From assembly GCF_009914755.1 (NCBI RefSeq), contig NC_060927.1: a stretch of 64,000 nt of DNA, one strand, 5' to 3'. The notes beneath the pieces are model-generated. The model was given only the letters and a program-made list of their open reading frames with translations, did not search any database and had not been told where the DNA came from. The stretch comes from the human T2T-CHM13v2.0 reference genome, Homo sapiens. Shown one piece after another: positions 53,649 through 64,000 of the stretch; within the stretch, counting starts at the first letter, position 1; every line of letters starts with the position of its first letter. Both the position numbers and the translations under genes were made by a program.

Positions 53649-56503
53649 ATATGGTTTGGTGGTTTTCTGCAGTGATAACACCTGAGTCTTTTCTTTTTCT
53701 CATTTGTGTATTTGCAGTGGGTTTTATACTTTCATGTGTGTTTATGATTGTAGAAATCATCCTTTTACTTTCACATGTAGCACACCCTTAAGCATTTCTT
53801 GTAGGACTGGTCTAGTTAAGATGAATTCTACTGGCTTTTGCTTGTTTGGAAAATATTTTATTTCTCTTTCATTAAAAACAGTAACTTTGCTGGGTATAAT
53901 TGGCTGACAAGTTTTTGTTTTTCTTTCAGCACTTTGAATATATCCTCCTACTCTCTTCTGTCCTTAAGGGATTCTGCAAATAAATCTCACAGCTGTGTTG
54001 GGACTCCTTTAAATGTAATACAATTATTATATCTTGTTTCTTTCAGTTTTTTGGCTTTAAGTTTTCAAGATTTAAGTCTGATGTGTCTTGGTGTATTTGG
54101 ATTGTATTTCACTGATGAACACTGAACTTCTTGTACCTAAATGTTGTTTTGTCTCCCTAGATGTAGGACATTTTCAGCCACTATTTTTTGAAGTATGCTT
54201 TGTACACCTTTTCCTTTCTCTTCTCCTTCAGTTACTTCTATTATGCCAAGGTTATTTCATTCTGTGTCTCATAACACCCCTAGACTTTCTTCATTCCTTT
54301 TATTCTTTCATTATTTTTCACCTCTGATTGAATCACTCTGTCTTTGAGCTCACTGATTCTTTCTTTTGGTTGGTCAAGTTCGCTGTTCAAGCTTTCTGTT
54401 GAATTTTTTCAGCTTAGTTATCATATTCCTTATCTCCACAAATTCTATTTGGTTATTTTTTTCTATTTATATATCATATTTCTCATCTTGTTAATGAATT
54501 ATTTATCAAATTTTATTTAATTTTCTATTTATATTTTCTTATAGTTCCCTTAATTTCTTTATAATTTTTTAATGTTTTTCTCTGGGTCTATCACTGGAGT
54601 TTTATTAGTTTCTTTCAGTGGTGTCATATTTCTCTGTTTGTTCATAATCCTCATGTCCTGACACTGATGCTTGTTTGTTTGAGAATATGGTCCCTCTTTT
54701 GGTCTTTGTAAATATTCATAGATGGTGCTAGATCTTTACTATTTAGTTTTGCCTGGAATTCTGGAAGGAATAGCTGGTAGCAATCTCATACAGATAGATC
54801 TTTGTGCTGGGTTGTGTAATTGTAGTGGTACACTTTCTATGCTATGAAATTAAATGGTATTGCTGACTGTATTCCATGGTCTGGCGAAGACTGCTAGCTG
54901 AGCTCTGTGATTCTTTCTGTTCAGGTAAAATCACAGGTTGTCCTCACTTTCCAAGTGGTACTATTGTTTGAAATCTGTAGTGAGGCAGGGCTGTGTAATG
55001 GACTCTGAGATAAGGTGAGGTCTCTTGGATTTTCGCTTAGCTACACGGGATGAGCAAGGCCAGAGGCTGTGCTCCACAGATATGTGTGGACTTGGGCTTG
55101 CCTCTCAGCCTGTGGTAAGCTTAAGCAGAACACTGAGGTTTGGTGGAGTCACTGCTCTGAAGCTAAAGTTGGGTGACTTGCAGTTACTTCTCAGTCTAGG
55201 AAAGACAATGCAAGTCCTGGAGCTTAACTGGATCACCTCACCACCACTATGGTTGGGTGGGACCAGATGATTTATCCATGGGTAATCACTGGCCTGTGGT
55301 AGCTTAATAATTATTGGATTGTGGCTTTTCTTGATTTTGCAATCTAAAAAGATGTCTCTTTCTCACTCCCAATTTCTGGGATACTGATTATGTTATTCTT
55401 GCCTGTAAATAGTTGCTAGTTATATTTATGTGTAGGACTTCAGGAGAAGTGAAGAACTCCAATTCCACCATCTTGTTGTCATTATTCCAGAAATTTGGCT
55501 AAATTTTTAAAGCATTTTTTTTTCCTGTGAGTCAAAAGCATTTTCTACATCATGTCAAAAAAATATTACTTGCAGTAGCATCATAACAAAATAAATGAAA
55601 ATTGAGGCAATTATTAGTGTTTATAGACTATAAACCATGTTCAGACAAAGAAAGAAAGAATAGATTTACTATTTGATGAAGAGAGTGTATTGTTAATAGC
55701 TAAGAAAAAAATGAAAACTATGTAGCAAATTTTACACCTGTGTTCTCCAGTTACAAACACTAGAAAGAGCAGAATGAATAAAGCAAAAGTAAAACTTAGA
55801 TGAAGAAAGTATAAAAACTCATGTAATTGTGTAGATTAGATTAGGACACTAAACTCAGTAAATATATTCTGCAATGTCATTGAATTCATAGGTGTAATTT
55901 CAGAACACCTGTCAGTAATCCCAATAAAATCATAAAAAAGGGAAAATATGCCATAAGACTAATGATAGGTAAAAGCTTTCAAAATAAAGAGAAGAATATA
56001 ATTCAGAAATGGCAGGTAGATTTGGAGAAAAATTTAGAGCAGATTGTGTGTTTACAAAAGTTTTATTAGCATCACTAGAGGTGTGGTTTCAAAGGAAGAA
56101 AAAATATGAGAGATATTCAAGATTCAATAGGATGTCATTCAAATGAATACAGACTTGTTGCCTAAAGCTAAAGAAATGCAGACTCCACTGAGGAATCAAT
56201 AAGTTTGCTAAGTATAAATAGGTTTTGAAGAATTTCATCTAACTATGTCAGACTAAAAAATGCCATATAAATGATATGCAGATTTGGAGACCCTGTTGTC
56301 TATAGAATGTCAATATATAACAAAAGAAGCATCCTGAGTAGAAGTAAACTCCAATCTTTAATAAATAATGTCAATAATGTGAAATTATCTTTTCAAACCC
56401 CACTACATTTTAAAATTAAATATAAAAAATAAAATAAATTATATCTAGAGGTCCAATGCCAGTATATTCACAGATTTTTAATGATCAAGATTAGTCCTAG
56501 AAG

Positions 56504-56640
56504 GGCCGGGCATCATGGCTTATGCCTATAACACCAGCACTTTGGGAAACTAAGTTGGGAAGATCTTTTGAGATCAAGAATACAAGACCAGCATGGGTAA
56601 CATACTGAGATCCCATCTCTAATATAGTAATAAATAAATA
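56504..56640 (+). mobile_element. FLAM / left Alu monomer
   Basis: ggccgggcatcatggcttatgcctataacaccagcactttggga...cccatctcta plus A-rich tail. Confidence 0.85.
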
Positions 56641-57229
56641 AGAATTGATCTGTTAAGTAATCTATTTTAATTTGAATTAAAATATACAATTGTTGGATTG
56701 GGATTTCTGATTATGTCAGTTAAGAGTATATTTGTTGATGTTTGTACATACCACTGGGATAATTAAAATATCTGTATTGATAATATGTACTTATGTAATT
56801 CGTAATATTACATGAGCTATTTAAGGCTTTGGAATGTTTTTCTTGTTAGGCTGCTGGTTATTCCTGTTTAGCACTTCAATTTATTACAAAATAAGTTGTA
56901 ATAAATAAATAAAATAAAATAATAAAAATAAAACTTATATTAAAGTTGAAATGCATGAAAATGTTTATAGATATTTGATAAACTAAGTAAATACATGGGA
57001 CTAATTCTTTATAAAATGAGTTTAGTTTGTGCAACAAAAATTAATTTTGTATTACTATAAAATGATATAGTTTTTTCTATTTTACTGTACATAAACATAG
57101 TATAATAACATATATAATTTGAACTTAAAAGTTTAAAAAACTAAATTTCAAATTTTACATGTAATGAATTAATGTTGATTTATTCCAAGGGAAACTATTA
57201 ACCTTTCTGGCACATAGAGTCATTTTTCC

Positions 57230-57522
57230 GTCTTCAGAAGTTCACACAGGAAGATTGGTTCGTAATTGCTCTTCACCATAAAGATTGAAAATATCCGACA
57301 ATTAAAAAATCAGATAAAATATATAAAGCAATAATTTTTCAATATTGGAAAACAAACACCACAAGGCTGTAATCTGAGAGAAGAGAAATGAATGTACTGA
57401 GTTCTACAATGCCCCAGCTTGTTAGTTATAGAGAGTTTCCAGTTGAAATTCTGATGGTCTTACTGAGTTGAGCATACAGAGATGAGAATTTGGGAAGTTC
57501 AAGGCAGCTAGAATCTGGGGAT
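57230..57522 (+). mobile_element. Ancient L1M 5'-region fragment
   Basis: cagataaaatatataaagcaataattttt...ctacaatgccccagctt...gagagtttccag...aaggcagctagaatctg. Confidence 0.45.
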
Positions 57523-57527
57523 CATAT

Positions 57528-57732
<205 letters not shown>

Positions 57733-59094
57733 TCAAATTCATCTAAAAAAGTAAAAAGAGCACCTTTAAAAAATGTTTTTCCATGAATACCTGATAACCA
57801 TTATCAATAAGCAAGGTTTTTTTTTTCAGGAGAAATCCATACAGATTTTATGGGAGAGCACATATTTTGTTTTAAGAGATAACATGCCTTAGCATTAAGT
57901 TGTTTAATAATAAAATGAGCTGTCTTTTGAAATCTTACTAGTGATATTTTTCCAGTACAGGCAGGATGCCTTCTCTAGGAAAAGTATTGTTCTATGAAGA
58001 AATAATTCATGCAAAGGTATGGTAGTATATAATACACTGAATATTTAGAAAATAGAAAATGCTAATAGATAGCTTAATCACATATTCTAGTGCCAATGGA
58101 AAGTGCTCAGAGATTTTGCTATCACAATGAAGACCTGAGACATATATTGGCATTCTAACTAAATCCTGCTATTATGACATAGAGTGTTATAGACCTACTA
58201 AGTAGTCCTACTCGAAATAATTCCAGGCAGTGACAAAATTTGGTAAAATTTGTTCAAAATCAACATTAAGGGCTACCATCAGTTGGTTCTCTAGCAAAAA
58301 AAGGAAGAATAAAATCATACAGCTAAAATTAATGAAACATTTATACCAACTATTATGCTTGACATATTTTATGTAATTTATACATTCTTTTTAATAAGGT
58401 AAAAAACAAGCACTAAATCTTGGAGAAGCACATAAATTTACCAAAACAATTCTGCCTCTCAGATCTAGCTTAATTCTATTTTACTTCTGGCAGAAAGTCA
58501 TACTATTCTTCATCAGTTGAGCCAAAATGGGTATATTTTCTTGGGACATCCACAGGAAAACAATACTGTTTAATTCTTTTAACACAGAGGTTTTTTTCAA
58601 TAACTTTTTCTTTTGGCTCAAGACCCTGGTCTCTCCTACCATAAAGAGATACAATCCTCTAAACCTTTATCAGTAATTGGCTTTTTGGTATAAATGAAGG
58701 CTAGAAAGGCAAGTTTAGATAAAGGAGACTGGGAAAGAAAATTTATGTCACCAGATGGCTGAATCAGAGGACAAAATTGAAGTCCACAGTTAGAAAGGAT
58801 GGATATGGGACAGAAGAGGAAACCTGAGAAACACATGGAAACTGCTTTAAATATTTGTCTTAAATATTGCTGTTCATTATTTTTCAATTATCTGTATGAC
58901 ATTCTATAAAATTATAATCATGTGTTTTGAGTTAACACCATTCTCACAGGCAATACAAGTATTGAAGCTCCTAATTCTTTCCCAGAAAGTCTTGAATATG
59001 AGATTGTAGGATGAATGTATAAAATACACTACTCCTATAAAATGTAAATCTAGTAACCAGAAGTTGTGCCTTTTGTGGGGAGGTACCTCGTATA

Positions 59095-59690
59095 TATTTA
59101 TTTTTCAATTAATAGGAAGAATTAAATGTATTTAATGTATACAATATGATGTTTTGAAGTACATATACATTGTATTAATAGAATGGCTATATCTAGTTAA
59201 TTAATACATACATTACATCACATAGTTATCCTGGGTTTTAAATTTTTTTTTTAGTGAGACCACTTTATATCCACTCTTTTAGCATTTTTCAAGAATACAA
59301 TATATTATTAATTATAATCAATTTATTGCAGCATTTTTCACAACAGCCAAGATATGGAATCAAACTAAGTGTCCATCAAAGGATGAATGGATAAAGAGAA
59401 TGTGCTATATATACACAATGGAATACCACTCAGCCATAACAAAAAGATATCGTTTGTGACAACATAGATAAACCTGAAGAACACTACACTAAGTGAAATA
59501 AGCCACGCACAGAAAGACAAATGTTGCATGATCTCACTCATATGTGGAATCTGCTACCATAAAGAGATACAATCCTCTTGTAGAAGTACAGATTAGGATG
59601 ATCCTTACCAGGGGCTGAGGAGGTTGAAGGGAGGCCAGGATTTGGGGACATATTGGTCAAAGGGAGATGCCTTTTCAATAAGAGTTGATT
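59095..59690 (-). mobile_element. L1MA 3'-end insertion with 5' inversion (- 59095-59320, + 59321-59690)
   Basis: Antisense terminal 3'UTR then sense atttattgcagcatttttcacaacagccaagatatggaatcaa...ttggtcaaaggg. Confidence 0.85.
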
Positions 59691-59809
59691 CTTGATTTCT
59701 TTTTTTATACATGAACACATGATGTCAGAATTTCCTTCTAAAACAAATAAATAAATAAACATATTTAAGTAATCTCAAAGAGAAATCTAGTATTGGTCTT
59801 TATTTCACT

Positions 59810-60274
59810 TGTGATGGTTAATTTTATATCTTATGTTGCCTTGTCTATAGTGCTCAGATGTTTGGTGAAACACTAGTCCGATGTTGCTGTGAAGGTATTT
59901 TAAAAATGTGATTAACATTTCAATCAATAGACTTTGAGTAAAGCAGATGACCATTCATAATGTGGGTGGACTTCATTTATTCAGTTAAAGATGTTAAGAA
60001 AAAAAGACTGAGGTCTCCTGAAAAATAAGAGATTCTGCCTCCAGACTTCATTCAGACTTAAGACTTCAACTTTAACTCTTCTCTCTGTCTTCAGCCTGCT
60101 GAGCTGCCTGGAGGTTTAAGATATGCCAATGCACAATTGCACAAGACAATTTATTAAAATCTCTCTCCTTATCTCTGTTGGTTTTTCTCTCTCTTTTTGT
60201 GTGTATTTAAAACACAGACCCATGAAACATACAAACTACTGTTTCTGTTTCTCTGGAGAGCCCTGACTAATACA
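59810..60274 (+). mobile_element. MLT2C/D-like solo LTR
   Basis: tgtgatggttaatttt...gactttgagtaaagcagat...ctgtttctctggagagccctgactaataca. Confidence 0.9.
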
Positions 60275-60452
60275 ATAACTCTATTAGAAAAGGCATAATT
60301 TGGTTTTCTTGTATCCATTGCTTAGGCCAGCTGCAAGCATATTATCATTGTACATACATCAAGGATGCAGTGAACTTGAAATAAATTCTGAGTAACCATA
60401 TGATATGATCTCTGGGTAGCTCAGTCACTTTTATTAAGTGACAACTACTGCC

Positions 60453-60484
60453 TTTATTTATTTATTTATTTATTTATTTATTTT
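60453..60484. repeat. (TTTA)n tetranucleotide repeat
   Basis: tttatttatttatttatttatttatttatttt. Confidence 0.9.
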
Positions 60485-60869
60485 CCTTACGGAGATTTTT
60501 TTTCTTCTGTACAATATAGTTGTTTATGTTCTTTTCTCCAATTTTTAATTTTCACTCAAGTTAATGCATCCTAAGAAAACCACTCTTTTAGGTTTATGCC
60601 TAATACCTGTCTCCATAGGACAATTTAATTTGCAATTTAGGACTCTATGTCTTTTATTCAATGAACAAAAAGCATTTGTAGAGTTTTTAATTCTTAAATA
60701 TGAACAAATAAAGGGGCAAAAATAAGTGCATTTCAACCTTGCCAGGAATATAACACATCCACAGCTTTGGGATAGTACATGTCTCAAGCTGAGTCTTGTG
60801 CAAATAGGAAACTTTTAAAGCTATTTATTATTTTAAATGCACTTATTTATATAAAAATTAAAAAGCATA

Positions 60870-62724
60870 TGATATGAGTTGGCTGTGTCCCCACCCAAAT
60901 CTCATCTTGAATTATAGCTCCCATAACTCCCATGTGTCCTGGGAAGGACCTGGTGGGAGGTAATTAAATCATGGCAGCAGCAGTTTTCTCTCATGCTGTT
61001 TTTGTGACAGTGAATAGGTTTTACAGGATCAGATGGTTTTATAAGGGGCTTTTCCCCTTTTGCTCATTCTTCCCTTGCCTGTTGCCATGTAAGACATGAC
61101 TTTGCTCCTCCTTTGCCTTCCACCATGATTGTGAGGCCTCCCCAGCCATGTGGAACTGTTAATTTATTAAACCTCTTTTTCTTTATAAATTACCCAGTTT
61201 TGGGTATGTCTTTAAAGCAGTGAGAGAATAGACTAATAAAGTAAATTGGTACTGGGTAGTGGGGCTCCACTGTAAAGATACCCAAAAATACGGAAGTGAC
61301 TTTGGAACTGGGTAACAGGAAGAGGTTGGGAGAGTTTGGAAGTCTCAAAAGAAGATAGGAACATAGGGGAAAGTTTGGAGCTTCCTAGAGACTTGTTAAA
61401 TGCTTTGAACAAAATGATGATAGTGATATGGACAACAGAGTCCAGGCTGATGTGGTCTCAGATGGAGATGAAGAACTTGTTGGGAACTGGAACAAAGGTG
61501 ATTCTTGCTATGCTTTAGCAAAGAGATTGGTGGCATTTTGCCCCTGCCCTAGAGATCTGTGGAACTTTGAGCTTGAGATAAATAATTTAGGGCATCTGGT
61601 GGAGGAAACCTCTAAGCAGCAAAGCGTTTGAGAAGTGACTTGGGTGGTCTTAAAAGCATTCAGTTTTATTCATTCACAAAGATATGGTTTGGAATTAGAA
61701 CTTATGTTCAAAAAGAAAGCAGAGGGTAAAAGTTTTGAAAATTTGCAGGTTGATGAAGTGATAGAAAAGAAAAACCCATTTTTCTGAGGAGAAATTCAAG
61801 CCCACTGCAGAAATTTGCATAGATAACAAGGAGCCAAATGTTAATTGCCAAGACAAGGGGGAAATGGGAAATAGGCACCTGGAAAAAAACCGTGCACCTG
61901 GAAAAGCCACAGACACTCAGCACCAGCTGTGAAAGCAGCCAGTAGGGGGGCTGTACGCTACAAAGTCACAGAGGCAGAGCTGTCCCAGACCATGTGAACC
62001 CACCTCTTGCATCAATGTGCCCTGAATATGAGACAAGGAGTCAAAGGAGATCATTTTGGAGTTTGAAGATTTGACTGCCTTGCTGGATTTCAGACTTGCA
62101 TGGGGCCTGTAGCCCCTTTGTTTTGGACAATTTATCCCATTTGGAAAGGGTATATTTACCCAACTCCTGTATCTAGGAAGTATCTAACCCATTGTATCTA
62201 GGAATTAACTAACCTGCTTTTGACTTTACAGGTTCATAGGCAGAAGGGACTTCCCTTGTCTCAGATGAGGACTATGGAATTTTGAGTTAATGCTGAAATG
62301 AGTTAAGACTTTCGAGGACTATTTGGAAGGCATGATTGGTTTTGAAATGTAAGAACATGAGATTAGGGAGGGGCCAAGGGCAGAATGATATGGTTTGGCT
62401 TTGTCCCTACTGAAATCTCATCTTGAATTGTAGCTCACATAATCTCTGCATGTCATGGGAGGGACCCAGTGGGAGGTAATTGAATCATGAGGGTGGGTTT
62501 TTCCTGTGCTATTCTTGTGATAGTGAATAAGGCTTACAGGATCTGATGGTTTTATAAAGGGCAGTTCCCCTGCACACACACTCTTGCCTTTGCTTCTCCT
62601 TTGCCTTCCACCATGATTGTGAGACCTCCCCAGCTACATGGAACTGTGAGTCTGTTAAACCTCTTTTTCTTTATAAATTACCCTATCTTGGGTATTTCTT
62701 CATAGCAGTATGAAAATGAATACA
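60870..62724 (+). mobile_element. THE1 MaLR provirus: 5' LTR 60870-61240, internal 61241-62385 (internally deleted), 3' LTR 62386-62724
   Basis: Two LTRs starting tgatatg; internal gtaaattggtac...; ORF remnant VSDGDEELVGNWNKGDSCYALAKRLVAFCPCPRDLWNFELE; perfect TSD gcata (60865-60869 / 62725-62729). Confidence 0.96.
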
Positions 62725-62969
62725 GCATATAATAAAATAAATCTGTACATAAATGCCTAAAAACAAACATAAATTTCATCTCACCATTCAAACCATTTTT
62801 TCAGGACCATTTCATGTAGGTGTTAGAAAAATTTTAGTATATCATTATAGAAAAAAATGTATATACATATACCAGCATACATATACATCATATTTGGACG
62901 AATGAAAGCATACTACTCCACATACTACTTTATGTCTTGATTTTTAATGTAATAAAAAATATATGTTTA

Positions 62970-63160
62970 CTCATGAAATTGTCACAACAACATTATGAGA
63001 TAATTACCATGATCTATCTCCCCAGACAGATGAAGAAAATAAAATTCCTAGCAATGAGATGTTCAGTAACTTGCTCAAGGTCTCAAAGCTTTTATGAGGC
63101 AGAGTTATAGTTTAAGAACTAACATTCTTGACTCCACTGTCTGTGTGCTTAACTCATTAT
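62970..63160 (-). mobile_element. MIR SINE
   Basis: tcacaacaacattatgag...acagatgaagaaa...agtaacttgctcaaggtctca...ttcttgactcca. Confidence 0.75.
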
Positions 63161-64000
63161 AATGTCTTAGTGATCATTCTCCATCAAAAAAATATAGCTT
63201 TAAACATTATTTTTTAATGATCATATGGTTTCAGAGATAATTTTTGAATAATTGATTATTTTCACAAGTTATTCAATAAAAGTATTTAGCATTGTCAGCA
63301 TCCTTATGGTGGAGCAATAGGAATGAGATACCACCTGAGAAACTTATCAAGTTGACTTTCTAACTTGGTTACAATTGTTCTAACTTAATTAAATCTAACT
63401 TAGTTAAATCTAGCATCTAACTTAGTTAAATTGATTGTTGATGTTAGCTGTCTCAACATGTTTTTAAATGACTAAGTTGGACAAAGTTTGTAAAATAGGA
63501 GTAGAATCTTCCTTAAGTGTCTCAAGGTGTACCCTTAGGATGGTGGGTCAGAGAGTGCCCATACAGTTGCTTGCTGTTTTCTTCTAGTTGTTTATATTGT
63601 GACTATCACAGTGACCTTTTCTACAAACTATGAAAAGCTATTTCAAATTAAACCTCCTGGCCAACTGTCCTCTTCCTTCAGATGAGGGCTTCAGACCCAA
63701 ATCTGAGGTGTATGGTAAGAAACTGTAGATAAAGCTATCTTGCATATGAAGATTTTTCTCTAGTTGAAGGCTTAAAGAAGACAATCGATGCTCTGCTTGT
63801 CTAAAATATTCTGTCAAAAACTTTCAAAAATGAGCCCCAAAGTTACCTTTTCATCTTCAACAATACCTATCTTAATGGTTATCTTTGTTCGGATAAGATA
63901 AAATGGAGTTTAATTTTCTTTTCCTCGGCAAAAATAATGAGAACAACCCAAAAGTTGCTTTAAATTTACTTATGGTGAATAAAATAAAACTTTATGCAAA

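Larger units (their letters stand above)
48789..53935 (-). mobile_element. Younger L1MA (about MA3) LINE nested in the older L1
   Basis: New poly-T and 3'UTR at 48789 (atcacctcaagtatttatca...gggaacatttcaagtcc), complete decayed ORF2 (e.g. [15 protein letters not shown] 50751-50939), spacer and ORF1 end. Confidence 0.88.
44246..55490 (-). mobile_element. Older L1MA (about MA5-8) LINE: 3' part 44246-48788, ORF1/5'UTR part ~53936-55490, split by a younger L1
   Basis: Antisense 3'UTR at 44250-44900, ORF2 to ~48100 with an internal deletion near 47880, ORF1 end to ttcagcacttt (48788); 5' terminus ccaccatcttg at ~55465. Confidence 0.85.

Noticed and set aside
55600-56400. Purine-rich stretch resembling ancient L1ME/HAL1 ORF1
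   Set aside because: Too degraded to assign or bound with confidence.
61428-61631. MaLR internal ORF peptide
   Set aside because: Standard THE1-int ORF remnant, truncated by stops and a deletion.

Overview
Primate (probably human or ape) AT-rich non-coding DNA, intergenic or deep intronic, made mostly of nested transposable-element fossils. It holds a near full-length L1MA1-like LINE (+, ~30.3-38.5 kb), an ~11 kb nested pair of L1MA-type LINEs (-, ~44.2-55.5 kb), and a 5'-truncated L1PA (+, 3.7-6.4 kb). There are also two MaLR proviruses with both LTRs (MSTA-like -, THE1 +), several solo LTRs, an ERVL pol remnant, about ten Alu/FLAM copies, and L2, MIR and hAT fossils. I find no credible cellular protein-coding gene, RNA gene, CRISPR array or novel multi-gene system; the ORF track is explained by decayed L1/ERV reading frames, Alu antisense ORFs and chance ORFs. 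The notable signals are structural. They include locally templated insertion scars (a 129-bp copy from 1.35 kb away, a perfect 25-bp copy from 0.9 kb away, an internal inversion with micro-duplications), an L1 joined in register to the L1 it inserted into, and two twin-primed L1 insertions. A strong CTCF motif and a few repeat-free islands with enhancer-like motif clusters are also present. Subfamily names come from recalled consensus features, not a database search, and boundaries of old elements are approximate.
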